Assembly (NCBI GenBank): GCA_963845755.1
Contig: CAWJTV010000010.1
Span: 16,266 to 80,265 of the forward strand
Direction of reading: 5' to 3'
Length of the DNA stretch: 64,000 nt
Origin: an uncultured Planctomycetota bacterium
GTDB taxonomy: Bacteria; Planctomycetota; Planctomycetia; Isosphaerales; Isosphaeraceae
The position numbers and the translations under genes are program-made. Below are positions 19,601 to 32,858 of the stretch, piece by piece; the first letter of the stretch is position 1; each line of letters begins with the position of its first letter. Below the pieces are notes generated by a model that made no database searches, was not told the DNA's origin, and saw only the letters and a program-made list of their open reading frames with translations.

Positions 19601-22600
19601 ACAACGATGCCCCAGCCCCAGCCGCGACCTCACGCCGAGAACCATCGAACGATGAACCCACCGGAACGGTCCCCTTCGCATCACTCGAATGGCCTGGCCT
19701 CCTCGCACGCTCGGCATCCCGAGCAGGTCCTTGAAGCCCACGACCCGTCCCGGGCTCGATCTCAGGCGCAGGGCGTCCCCGCGCCGACCGGCTTGGAGTA
19801 TGCTTTCCTCGCGACCCAGGAGAACCTGGCCTCTCTGCAACGGCTGGCCGAGCAGACTGCCGATCTCCACCGCCAGTTCCTGGAGGGTCAGGAGCGGACC
19901 CAGCAAACCTTTCTCAAGCTCCTCGAAAATCAGCAGGGTCTCTTGCGTTCGAGACCCGATGCGGCCGAGCCGGCTTCCTTGCGACGGACCGACCGGACCC
20001 ATGAGACTGCCACGTCGGTCCGCTCGACCGGCTTACCACCTGAGCGATCCGGGATCGCCGAGCCCGATCCGCCCTCCGAGGCGAAACCGCATGTCGTTTC
20101 GACCGATGACGCAACGAGGGCGTTGATCGACGTGGTCGCGGAGAAGACAGGCTACCCTCCCGAGGCGCTGGATCTCGATATGCAGCTCGACGCCGACCTG
20201 GGCATCGACTCGATCAAGCGTGTCGAGATCCTCTCCGCCTTTCAGGAGCGGTACCCCGCGGTTCGGGCTCCCGGGCCGGAGCAGGTCGGCTCTTTCCGGA
20301 CCCTCAGGTCCATCGCGGAGTTCATGCTCCGCCATCCGGTGGAAAAGGCGTCCGGGCCGTGGACACCGCTCGACGGAGGTCCTGCCGGAACGGCCGACGA
20401 GACCCGTCACTCGACGGAGCACCTGGAGAACCTGTCTCAGACGCTGCTGGAAACCGTGGCCGAGAAGACGGGATATCCGGCCGACATGCTCGAGCTCGAC
20501 ATGCGGCTCGATGCCGACCTGGGCATCGACTCGATCAAGCGCGTCGAGATCCTCTCCGCCCTGCAGGACCGATTCCCCGGACTCCCCCCTGTCGGACCCG
20601 AGCGGATCGGGACTCTCGGAACCTTGCGCGAGATCGTCTCCTTCCTGGCCCAGGCCGGCGCGGATTCGGATAGGCGAGACGTCGAGGACGCCGGGCGGAC
20701 CGTGACTTCCCCGCCGGTATCGGCTCGGCGCAGCCGACCGCGCCCGACGATTCGATGGTGAACGTGCTGCGGGAAGTGGTTGCGGAGAAGACCGGGTATC
20801 CTGTCGAGATGCTCGAGCTCGATATGCAGCTCGACGCCGATCTCGGTATCGACTCGATCAAGCGCGTCGAGATCCTCTCCTCGGTCCAGGATCGGTTTCC
20901 CGCGATCCGCACGATCGGGCCCGAGCACACTGCGGCGCTACAGACGCTCCGCGAGATCGCCGCGTTCCTGTCGGCTCCGATCGGTGCGGCCGCCACTCCT
21001 TCGCCGGCGCGAGAACATGGCGAGTTACTGGGAAACGGCCAGAACGGGAAACTCGTCCACGCGAGCGGCCACACGACCAGCGTCGAGCCGTCGCGGAATG
21101 GTCATGGACATCCCGACGCGCAAGCTGTCGTTTTGAGGCGACTTGAAGCGCGTCTGGTGCCGATGAGCACGCCCGACCGTCGGGAGGCCCTGCGGCTGCC
21201 GGCCGGGGGAACGTTCTGGATCACCGATGATGGTTCTGCCTTGACCGACGCGCTGTGTTCCCTTTTGCTGGACCGAGGCTATCGTCCCCGGGTTATTCCG
21301 ATGGCGGTCGAAAGCGTCGATCCCCCGGTACCCGAGGATAACCTAAGCGGCGTGATCGTCCTGTCACCGAGCCATCGACCCGATTCGAGGTTCATCCCAG
21401 CCGCGTTCCGGACGATCCGCGCCGCCGGCACGGCGCTCGAGCGGTCGGGCGAGCAAGGAGGTGCCGCGCTGTTGACCGTTTCGAGGCTCGACGGCCAGTT
21501 CGGATTCCATGGTCTGGAAGGGAGGATCAACCCGTCCTCCGGCGCCCTGGCGGGGCTGGCCAAGACGGCGGCCAAGGAGTGGCCAAGGGTCCATTGCAAG
21601 GCCGTCGATCTGGATGTCGCCATGGATTCGCCCGAGAGCGCGGCCGGCCGGATTGTAGATGAGCTCTTGATGCGCGGTCCGGCCGAGGTCGGACTGGGCG
21701 CGCACGGACGCGTCACGCTCGAGATGGCTCAAGTCCCGGAACCGGTCGCCAACCTGCGTCGGATCCCCCGTCTGGAGTGCGGTGACCTCGTGGTCGTTAC
21801 CGGAGGTGCGCGGGGGATCACCGCCGAAGTCGCCGTCGCCCTCGCCGAATCCTACCAGCCTCGTCTGCTCGTGCTCGGCCGCACCCCCGCTCCGGACGAC
21901 GGCGACGATCGATTCGAGGACTGCCGAGACGAGGTCGAGGTGACGCGACTCTTGATGGCGCGATCGGACCGGGACCGGTCGCCGCGAGCGATCGCCGCAC
22001 AGGCTCGCGAGGTCGTCGCCCGGCGCGAGATTCGCCGCAACCTCTCTCGCATCGCCGCGGCCGGCTCGCCGGCCTTGTATCGCTCGGTTAACGTGCGGGA
22101 CCAGGCCGCCGTGCGGCGGACGATCGCCTGGAGTCGCGACGAATTCGGCCCGGTTCGCGGGTTGATCCACGGCGCGGGCGTCCTGGCCGATCGGAGGATC
22201 GTCGACCAGACCGATGCCCAGTTCCAGGAGGTCCTCGACACCAAGGTCGAGGGCCTGCTCCACCTGTTCGAGGCGATCGATCCCGAGGCGCTCCGGGTTC
22301 TGGCCCTCTTTTCGTCGTCGACGGCGCGGTTTGGCCGGATCGGCCAGGTGGCCTATGCAGCCGCGAACGAGTATCTCAACAAGTGGGCTCAGCAGGCGGC
22401 CGTCCATCTGCCGCATTGCCGCGTCGTCTCGTTCAACTGGGGGCCGTGGTCAGGGGGCATGGTCTCGAGTGCGCTCCGGCCGATGTTCGAGAAGGAGGGG
22501 CTCACGCTGATCCCCCCCGAGGCTGGCGCGAAGCTTGTCCTCGACGAGATCGACCGTCCGTATCACGGTCGAGCTCCTGTCGAGATCGTCGTTCTGGCCG

Positions 22601-23546
22601 AGCCCGCGTCGTCTCCCATCGCGCCTTCGGCACCGTCCTCGACCACAGTCGCTGACCCGGGCCCCCAGAAACCGCAGGTGGCATTCCGTCGCGCGATCAA
22701 CCTCGAGACGCTTCCGATCCTGGCCGATCACGTCATCGACGGCCATGCGGTGCTGCCGATGGCGATGATCCTCGAGTGGGCTGCCGAGGCGGCGCTCCAC
22801 AGAAACCCGGGTCTGGTCGTGTGCGGCGTTCAACCAGCTTCGCCTGTTCAAGGGGGTGGTCCTCAACGGCCTCGAGACGGCGACCATCGACATGTTGGCC
22901 GCAAGAGCGGTGCGGAGGGGCGGAGAGTTCGTCGTCCCCGTCGAGTTGCGCGGGATGCTGGACAACGGCCGGGAGATCGTTCATGCGCGGGCCGACGTCC
23001 TACTCGCCGATCGCTACCCGAGCGGGACGAAACAACTGGGCGATCGGGCCTTACCGCGCCATCGGTCGTCCCGAGAGGAGATCTACAGCGAGGTCTTGTT
23101 CCATGGGCCGGCGATGCAGGGGATCGAGCATGTCGAAGGATCCGGCGATCGAGCGATCGCAGGCTGGATCACGACGGCGCCACCGCCCTCGGATTGGATG
23201 GATCGACCTTTGCGATCACGGTGGCTGACGGATCCCCTGGCCATCGATTGCGCCTTCCAGCTCGTCGTCCTCTGGACTCGAGAGCATCTTGGGGCGAACT
23301 CGCTGCCGACCTCGGTAGGGCGATACCGCCAGTTCCGCGCCAGCTTTGGGGACGGGGGCGTGCCGCGTGATCGCCGAGATCCGGCAGGCTGGCGAAGCCA
23401 GGGCGGTGGCCGACATCGAATTCCTCGACGGCCGCGGCGAGCTTGTCGCCCGGCTCGACTCTTACGAATGCGTCGTTAACCACTCGCTCAATCAGGCGTT
23501 CCGGCGCAACCAACGGATCGTCCCTTCCCCTCTCGTGGCGAGCTGA
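16612..23546 (+). CDS. pfaA: PfaA-like iterative type I synthase KS-MAT-ACPx3-KR-DH, split by several frameshifts
   Basis: KS DAACASS/EAHGTGT/GHTKAAAG; AT FPGQGSQ, GHSFGE, AFHS; three LGIDSIKRVEI ACPs; KR TGGARGIT, YAAAN; DH ILADHVIDGHAVLP, LFHGP. Confidence 0.92.
18231..18355 (+). repeat. heptamer (CCTTCAG) hairpin element inside pfaA coding sequence
   Basis: TCGGAAGGCTGAAG...CTTCGGCCTTCCGA inverted repeat plus (CCTTCAG)x3; translated as LQPSAFSL twice. Confidence 0.75.
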
Positions 23547-23549
23547 GCG

Positions 23550-26500
23550 ATGCAGGTCGAATCCATGACGGAACACGCCGTCGCGATCGTCGGCATCGGG
23601 GGCTGCTTCGCGGCTGCTCCTTCCCTTGACCGGCTCTGGTCGATCCTGCGTGAGGGCAGGGACGTCACGAGCGAGGTGCCCACCGGTCGATGGCTCATCG
23701 ATCCCGCGGAGGCGTTCGATCGACGGGTCGCCCTGGCGGATCACGTCTATACGACTCGGGGCGGTTTCGTCGAGGGTCCGCCTATCGAGCTGATGGGAAG
23801 CGGCCTCAATCCCGAACGGTTGGAACGGCTGGATCCCCTGGTTCACCTCGCCCTGTCGGCGGCCGGCCAGGCATGGCGGGATGCGCGATCCGAGCCGATC
23901 GATCGCCGTCGCACGGGCGTTGTGCTTGGCAACATCGTCCTGCCCACAGAGACGGCCTCCGCCCTCTCCCGTGAGGTTCTGGGGCGTGCCTTCGAAGACG
24001 CGTTGTTGCCGGCTGTTGCCGCGGAGAAACGGGACGCGCCGGGAGCCATCCCCTACACCTCTCACGCCGCAAGCGAGCCGTTGAACGCGTTCCCTGCGGG
24101 CTTGCCGGCCGCCATGGTGGCCGAAGCGCTGGGACTGGGGGGCGTGGCGTTCACGCTCGACGCCGCCTGTGCATCGTCGCTCTTCGCCCTCAAACTGGCC
24201 GTCGATGAGCTCCGGTCCGGACGCGCCGATGCCATGATCAGCGGGGGGGTCTCGCGTCCCGATGCACTCTACACTCAGATGGGTTTCTCTCAGCTTCGGG
24301 CGCTCTCGCCGCGGGGCAAAGCCGCTCCGCTCGACCACAGAGGCGACGGCCTCATCGTCGGCGAGGGGGCCGGGATGTTCGTCCTCAAGCGACTGGCGGA
24401 CGCCGTGAGTCACGGGGACCACATCTATGGAATCGTGGCGGGAATCGGACTTTCCAATGACGTCCATGGCGACTTGCTGGCCCCCGATTCCGAGGGGCAG
24501 GTCCGCGCCATGCGACAAGCTTACGAACAAGCCCGCTGGACCCCGGGCGACGTAGACCTGATCGAATGTCATGCCACGGGAACCCCGCGCGGCGATGCCG
24601 TCGAATTCCAGAGTCTGAAGTCGCTCTGGGGAGAGTCTGGGTGGCGTCCCGGTCAATGCGTCATCGGATCGGTCAAAGGGAATATCGGCCACGCGCTCAC
24701 CGCGGCCGGCGCCGCCGGATTGCTCAAGGTCTTGCTGGCCCTCAAGCATGGCCTGTTCCCTCCGACGGCGAATTTCGAACGGCCCGCCCGGACACTGGGA
24801 TTGGAGCAGAGTCCATTCCGAGTCTTGAGCCGAGCCGAGCCCTGGCCGACCCGGGGGCCGGGCCGGCCCAGGCGCGCCGCCGTCAGCGGCTTCGGCTTCG
24901 GGGGTATCAATGCCCATGTGCTGATCGAAGAATGGAGCGGGACGGGTTGGGCGGATACCGGAGACTCCCGCCCAGCAGTTGACGCGTCGGTCGCCATCGT
25001 CGGCATCGCGGCACAGGTGGGCCCGTTGGAGGGCCGGCCGGCAATTCGGGCCCTCGTTCTCGGCGGACAGGAGGACGAGTCCAGCTCGGGGCCCGGATTG
25101 ACCTCGATGGAGTTCCGCCTGGACGAGTTCCGCATTCCACCCACGGAGCTTGCCGAGATGTTGCCTCAGCAGTCGCTGATGCTTCGCGTCGCGGCCGCCG
25201 CGATCCGCGACTCCGGATGGGACCAGAGACTGGCCCTTCGCACGGGCGTGCTCATCGGGATCGGGTTGGACTTGAATACCACGAACTTTCACCTGCGATG
25301 GTCGCTCCCCGACCGAGCCCGAGAGTGGAACCGAGTGCTCGGGCTCGATCTATCTCCCGAGGCACTCGCGCGCTGGATCGATGAGCTGCGCCAGGCGGCG
25401 GGGCCGGCCTTGACGGCCAATCGTACGATGGGCTCTCTGGGTGGGCTCGTGGCCAGCCGGATCGCTCGCGAGTTCCAGGTCGGTGGGCCTACCTTCACGA
25501 TTTCTTGCGACGAAACCTCGGGAAACCAGGCCATGGCGATCGCGGTCGGGTGGCTCCAGCGCGGAGAGCTGGATGCGGCGATCGTCGGAGCAGTTGACCT
25601 GGCCAGCGATCCTCGCGCGGTGCTGTCGCGCGCAACGGCTGGGGCTCGAGCAGCCGAACGAGGCGTCCGACATGGCCGTCTCGTTGGTGCTCAAGCGGCT
25701 CGAAGACGCGCAACGGGATGGCGATCGGGTCTACGCGGTGATTCGTGACCTGGGCGCGAGCCGAGGCGAGCTCCACGCGGCGCCTTCTCTGAATACGCCT
25801 TCGGTGCTGACAGAGCACCCTACTCCACGCTGCGTAATGCTCCAGTCGCTGGTCGGCGAGGCGGGAGCGGCGGCCGGGCTGGCTTCGGTCGCCAAGTCCG
25901 CGCTCTGTCTTCATCATCAGATCCTGTCTGGAGTGCGAGATAACCACCACACCCGGCCTCACTCCAATCCGGTTGCGTCCCAGTTCTGGTTGATCAACCG
26001 GGCCGATGGTCCGCGACGAGTCAGAGTCAGCGCATCGAGTCTCATCGGCAACCGCCATGACGCGGTCCTCGAAGAGTGTCCGAGCCGAAAGGATGTGTTC
26101 GACCGAATCGGCGCAGCCGTTGGTTACACGGCGGCTTGCCCTCTTCGCGATCGAGTCTGACGAAGCCACCGAGTTCTCCGAGCGCATTCGAGAACTGATG
26201 CACATGGCGCGGGAGACTTCTGATGAGCCTATCGATTCCCTGGCACGGAGATGGTGGCAGCGTCATCCCAACGATCCACGGCTCGGACGAGGCGTGGCGA
26301 TCGTCGCCGATGGCATCGAGGTCCTGGAACGTCACCTGGATCGCCTGGCGCACGGCGAGCAGGGCGAAATCGTAGAGCCATTATCATCCATTCCGGGATT
26401 GGCGATCGGACACTCGGAATCGATGCCAAGGCGCGTGGCCTTCGTGTACCCCGGGCTGGGCAATCAATTCGACGGGATGGCTCGGGAACTGTCCCTCCTC

Positions 26501-29145
26501 TGGCCGGAGATCGTCCGGCGGCAGGGATCCGAGAACCGATACCTCCGCGACCAGCTCGCGCCTGAGGTCTGGTGGGACGGGCAGGGGCTTCGTACCTTCA
26601 CGGATCACCGAGTCCCCATTCTCGGCCAGGTGTCGGTCGGCGGCCTCGTGACAGATATCCTGCGGAGCCTGGGGGTGAGCCCCGACGCCGCCATCGGTTA
26701 CAGCATGGGCGAATCGTCGGCACTCGTCTCGTTGAGGGCCTGGCGCGATCGCGATGAGCTCTTTGTCCGACTGCGAGAATCACCGTTATTCCAATCGGAG
26801 CTCGCCGGTCCACTGCACGCCGCCCGCAGAGTCTGGGGAATCCCGCCGACAGATCCCGTCGAATGGGTAGCGGGCGTCGTGCCACGATCGGCCGAGGATG
26901 TCCGTCGGGCCATCGCCCGATCGAAGAGCGATCGCGTCTATGTCCTCATCAAGAACACGCGGGACGAAACGGTTGTGGGAGGATCCCGATCGGCCGTGGC
27001 GGAAGTCGCACACGCTTTGCAATGTTCATTCGTGGAGTTGACGACCGTCAGCACCGTACACTGCGAGATCGGCCGCGTCGTCGAAGCGGAATACCGCGCG
27101 TTGCACGAGATCGAGACCATCGCGCCCTCGAATATCACGTTCTACAGTGGTATCACTGGCCGGCCGTATGATCTCAACAGTCGGACGGCTGCCGATGCGA
27201 TCGCGGCCCAGGCTTCGCAGACCATCGACTTCCCGGCGCTGGTCGAACGAGCCTACGCCGACGGGGTCGGCGTCTTTATCGAGGTGGGTCCGGGCAGTTC
27301 ATGCACTCGCCTGATCGATCGAATCCTCGGGTCTCGCCCTCACTTGGCTTGCTCGGCTTGCCGGCCTGATCGCGACCCACTTGCCGCCGTTCTCGATGTG
27401 CTTGGTCGATGCATCGCCAACCGCGTTCCCGTTGACCTGGGCGGTCTATACGGCAAGTCGGTGGAGTCGGACGCGCTGGTGGCGACTCCCGGCAAAGTGC
27501 GGCCTCGCACCATCCGAGTCGATGTGGGTCTCAGGCCGTTCTCCGTACCCCCCCTACCCGCCCAATCCCGAACTCGAGATGAGGAAATCTCCTTGCCGAC
27601 GCACCAGGCATCCGACGTGCCCAGCCCCGTCGTGACGGAGGTGACGACTCCACAAAGTTCCTCCGGAACCCGGCGCTATCCCGCTCGCTCCACGATGCGG
27701 AACAGGCTCGCCTGCAAGCGCACCGGGCCTACTTGCGCGTGGCCGAGGGCGCCGCTGATCTGATCGGGAAGCATCTGTCCTACCAGCTCCGTCTGATCGA
27801 GGACTGGAGGGCGAAGCGAGTGCCGCATTCCACGTCGAGTCTCGAGGTGCCCGCCACGGAGTCCGTACTGCTCGGGCGTCCGCAGTGCCTCGAACTGGCG
27901 GTGGGCTCTGTGGCCGCGGTCTTCGGTCCGGAGTTCGCGGAGGTGGATCGTTTGCCGGTGCGAGTCCGCCTGCCGGACGAGCCGTTGATGCTCGTCGATC
28001 GCATCGTGAGCATCGAGGGCACGCCGCGATCGCTCCAGGGGGGGCGCATTGTCACCGAGCACGTGATCCAACCGGGAGCGTGGTACCTGGACGACGATCG
28101 CGTCGCGCCGTGCATCGCGATGGAGGCCGGTCAGGCCGACCTGGTTCTCTCGGGATACCTGGGTGTCGACTTCGAGACCCGGGGCCAGGCCATGTACCGG
28201 CTGCTCGACGCCACGGTGACCTTCCATGGTGGACTTCCCGACGTGGGTGCGGTGATTCGGTACGACATCCGGATCACGCGTTTCTTCCGTCAGGGGATGA
28301 CGATCCTCTTCCAGTTCGAGTTCGAAGCGACCGTGGCCGGTGAACCGATCCTGACCATGCGCGATGGTTGTGCTGGATTCTTCACGCCCGAAGAGCTGGC
28401 TGCGGGCAAGGGGATCGTCCCCGCGAAGGTTGCGAAGCCCTTGCCGTCGATTCCTCGTTCGCGTCGCGACGAGCTGATCGCGATCACCCGCTCGCGACTT
28501 GGACCCTCGCAGGTGGAAGCCCTGCGGCGGGGCGACCTGGCGACCGCGTTCGGGGGCCCGTTCGATCGGCTGAGGTTCTCCGATCCGGTCGTGTTGCCGG
28601 GTGGACGCATGACGCTGATTCACCGCGTGGAGACCCTCGATCCGTCGGGCGGGATCGCGGGTCTGGGCTTGATCCGCTCGGAGGCCGATATTCACCCCGG
28701 CGATTGGTTCATGGTCTGCCACTTCATCGATGATCGAGTCATGCCAGGAACGCTGATGTACGAGTGTTGCCTCCACACGCTCCGGATCTTCATGATGCGA
28801 TTAGGCTGGATCGGCCCGCGTGGGGAGGTCGCGTTCGAGCCGGTGCCTGGCATCGCGAACCGGCTCCGTTGCCGTGGTCAGATCACGGAATCGACGAAGG
28901 TGGCCGGGTTCGAGATCACGATCAAGGAGCGAGGCTACCGGCCCGAACCTTACGCCATCGCCGACGCCCTGATCATCGCCGACGGCAAGCCGATCGTCTC
29001 GGTAACCGACCTGGCTCTCCAGCTCTCCGGCACGAATCGCGATGAGCTGGAGCGGCTTTGGCGCGGCTGGGAAGGCGAGACCCCTGCCGCGCCTCTGCTC
29101 GGAGAGGCTCAGCGCGGTCCGCGCCTTTCGGGAGATCTCCCATGA
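23550..29145 (+). CDS. pfaC: fused PfaB/PfaC-like synthase KS-CLF-AT-(pseudoDH-DH FabA-like), split by frameshifts
   Basis: KS DAACASS, ECHATGT, GHALTAAG; CLF-like FRIPPTELAEMLPQQ; AT YPGLGNQ, GYSMGES, TVHC; DH LPDEPLMLVDRI and CHFIDDRVMPGTLMYEC. Confidence 0.88.
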
Positions 29146-30193
29146 ATTATTCGAAAGTTTACATTGATTCGATCGGCTATGAGATCGCGCCGGTCGTGGT
29201 CTCATCTTTGGAGCTCGAGCGACGCCTCAAGGACGTTTACTCGGCGCTGCACCTGGCCGAGGGGCAATTGGAAGCGTTGACGGGTATCCTCGAACGACGA
29301 TGGTGGGAAGAAGTGTATCGTGTTTCGGACGGGGCCATCGCGGCGGCCCGGCGTGCTCTGGAAATCTCGAACGTAAGGGCGGACGATCTCGGCGCCCTGA
29401 TCTACGGCGCGGTCTGCCGCGAGTATTTCGAACCCGCGACGGCATGCCGCGTGGCCTCCGGCATCGGGATCGGTCCGGAGGCTGCGGTCTACGACGTCAG
29501 CAATGCCTGTCTGGGCGTGCTCAATGGTCTGGTGGAGGTCGCCAATCGCATCGAGTTCGGCCAGATCCGCGCGGGGATGGTCGTCGCCTGCGAGACCTCG
29601 CGTGAGATCAATGAGATCGTCATCGAGCAATTGCTCCAGAATCGAAGCATGGAGTTCTTCAAGTCGTCGCTGGCTACCCTGACTGGTGGCTCGGGGGCCG
29701 TCGCGATGATTCTCACTGACGGCTCGTTTTCCACGTTCAAGGGTGCAAGCTACTGGGTAGTGTCTGGCGGACGGCTCCTCAGTTTAACGGGCTCTGCCGG
29801 TGGGGCATTGAATCTGCACATCCCGATGACCCTGGAAGAATCCGCCAGTTCACCGCGACAGACTCGGCGGCGGTCCTCTCGCACGGAGTCGAGCTGGGTG
29901 TCCAGACCTGGCGAGCTTTCTTGAAGGAGCTCGACTGGTCGGCGGACGAGGTCGATAAGGTGATTTGCCATCAGGTTGGTTCGTCGCACCGTGACTCCAT
30001 CCTGAAGAGGCTGGGTATGCCGAATTCCAAGGATTTCCCGACGTATCCCTACCTTGGGAACATGGGCACGGTCTCACTCCCCTTGACGGCCGGGCTGGCC
30101 GAGGACCGAGGATTCCTCGAGCCCGGCCACCGGGTCGCGTTCCTGGGAATCGGCAGCGGGTTGAACTGTATGATGCTGGGGTTGGAGTGGTAG
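29142..30193 (+). CDS. oleA: OleA acyl-CoA head-to-head condensing thiolase (frameshifts ~29750-29920)
   Basis: [50 protein letters not shown] overlap with the pfaBC stop. Confidence 0.88.
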
Positions 30194-30197
30194 TCAC

Positions 30198-31132
30198 ATG
30201 ACCGGTGCCAACGCGACGATGAATCCGGTCTTGGAGCAGTTCCTGGGAGATCATCCCGGGCGGGATCTCGATCGCGACGGCTTGCGATTGCACTACATCG
30301 ATGAGGGTTCCGGCGAGGCGGTCGTCATGCTCCACGGCAACCCGACCTGGTCGTTCACCTATCGGCATCTGATCGAGGGCCTGCGAGATTCGTATCGCGT
30401 GATCGTGCCGGATCACATCGGTTGCGGCCTCTCCGACAAACCCGACGATTCTCGTTATGATTACACGCTGGACAGTCGGGTTCGACGACCTCGAGCTTCT
30501 GCTCGACCGGCTGGGCCTCGATCGCGATCTGACCCTGGTGGTGCACGATTGGGGCGGCATCATCGGCATAACGTACGCGGCGCGGTATCCGGAGCGCATT
30601 GCGCGGCTGGTCGTTTGCAACACCGCGGCATTTCACAAGCCCGCGAGAAAACCGTTCCCCTGGGCCCTGTCGTTGTTCCGGGACACACCGATGGGTAGTG
30701 GGCTAGTTCGAGGTCTCAACCTGTTCGTGCGGGGAACAAGCTGGATCGGCTGCAAGAAGCGCCGGCTGTCTCGGATGGTACGCGACGCCTACGCCGCTCC
30801 GTATGATTCGTGGTTCCATCGGATCGCCATCCATCGATTTGTCCAGGACATCCCCTTGCGGCCTGTTCGACCGCACCTACGAGCGGATCTCGTGGGTCGA
30901 GTCGCGCCTTCCCCGGCTGGAGTCGATCCCGATGATGATCGCGTGGGGGATGAAGGATTTCGTGTTCGATGCCCCGATTCTCGACGAATGGGTGCGCCGC
31001 TTTCCTCGCGCGGAGGTGCATCGATTCGCACAGGCCGGACACCTGGTACTGGAGGACGAACGCGAGGCAATGACCCCGTTGTTACGCTCGTTTCTCACGG
31101 CGCACCCCTTGATCCGGGAACCTCTCGGGTGA
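30198..31132 (+). CDS. oleB: OleB beta-lactone decarboxylase (alpha/beta hydrolase), frameshifted
   Basis: [48 protein letters not shown]; located between oleA and oleC. Confidence 0.88.
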
Positions 31133-32858
31133 GTTCAGCTCCCACACTCTCGCCGCCTTCGAATATCGCGAACTACCTCGGCGCGATGGCTCGACGGCAG
31201 CCTCATATGCTGGCGGTCGTGGTGCCATCCGGCCGAGACCGGTCGGGTCGTGTGCGCTATGCGGCACCTGACCTATCGCCAGCTCGATCGGGACAGCGAC
31301 GAGATCGCGCACGGCATGAGGGCCGTCGGCATGGCGCCGGGCTCCCGGGCGATCGTGATGGTGCGGCCGGGGCTGGATTTCTTCTCGCTGGTCTTCGCGG
31401 TGTTCAAGGCGGGCATCGTGCCGGTCCTGATCGACCCGGGTATCGGAATACGCAACCTGGACCAGTGTTGTCGCGAGGCGGCGCCCGAGGCATTCATCGG
31501 GATCCCGAAGGCCGTGTGGGCGCGTCGAATCCTCGGTTGGGGACGAGGTACGATCCGCAAGATCATCCTCGTGGCGCCGGGCGGCGGACGCCTGGGATCG
31601 TTGGGAGCAACGACTCTCGATGATGTGCGGGAGGCGGGCCGCGATGCCTTGAAACGCGGCGATTCTGCTACCCTCGCCCTGGACCATCCCGGGCCGGACG
31701 AGATGGCCGCGATCCTCTTTACGAGCGGCAGCACCGGGTCGCCAAAAGGCGCGGTCTACACCCACGCGATCCTTGGGGCCCAGGTGGAGCGAATCCGGGA
31801 TCTCTTCGCGATCGAGTCGGGCGAGATCGACCTTTGCACGTTCCCACTCTTCGCCCTCTTCGCGCCTGCGCTCGGGATGACGTCCATCGTTCCCGACATG
31901 GACCCGACTCGACCGGCTCGGGCCAATCCTGCGAAGATCGTCGAGGCGATCGAGGATTTCGGCGCGACCAATCTGTTCGGGTCGCCCGCCCTGCTCCGGC
32001 AGCTCGTCCGCGGAGAGGACACGTCGCTCGGGAGGCTGCCAAGCCTGAAACGAGTCGTCTCTGCCGGGGCCCCGGTGTCGGCCGCCGTCCTCGAGCGAAT
32101 GGCCGCGCGCCTGGAGCCACCGGCTCAGATCTACACGACTTACGGGGCGACCGAGGCTTTGCCAGTTGCGACTATCGGTACGGATGAAATCCTGGGGGAG
32201 ACCCGCCACCTGACCGACCTGGGTCGGGGAGTCTGCGTCGGTCGGCCGGTGGAGGGGATCGATGCTCGGATCATCGGCATCTCCGACGAGGCCATCGCCG
32301 TCTGGTCGGACGATCTGCTGATTCCCGACGGCACCATCGGCGAGATCGTCGTGTCGGGACCGGTCGTCACGCGCGAGTACTTCAACCGTCCCGAGGCCAC
32401 GCGGCTGGCCAAGATCACCGACTCGGCTCGGTCGGTCATCTATCATCGCATGGGCGACGTGGGCTATCGTGATGACCGCGGCCGGGTCTGGTTCTGCGGG
32501 CGAAAGTCGCATCGCGTGATCTTGACCGATGAAACGCTTTTCACCATCCCCTGCGAGGCGATCTTCAACACCCACCCCGAGGTCTTTCGGTCCGCACTGG
32601 TCGGCGTAAAGGGCGGCGCCGGGAGACCCGTGCCCGGCGCAATGATCCCGGTCATCTGCGTGGAGCTTCACCGCCGCCGGTCAGGGGAGGACCAGGAATC
32701 GATCCGCCGCGAGCTGCTGGAGCGCGCGCGCCCAGTTCGACCACACGCGAAGGATTCATGAGATCTTGTTTCATCCCTCCTTCCCCGTGGACATCCGCCA
32801 TAATTCCAAGATTTTCCGCGAGAAGATCGCCGTTTGGGCCGCCAGGAGAATGTCGTGA
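31129..32858 (+). CDS. oleC: OleC beta-lactone synthetase (ANL adenylating family), frameshifted
   Basis: [42 protein letters not shown]-terminal [13 protein letters not shown] read from the sequence at 32780-32825. Confidence 0.88.

Noticed and set aside
20110..20970. Three similar ~200-bp segments as a mobile repeat
   Set aside because: They are the tandem ACP domains (LGIDSIKRVEI) normal for PfaA.
30198..31132. Haloalkane dehalogenase
   Set aside because: Same fold, but its position between oleA and oleC identifies it as OleB.
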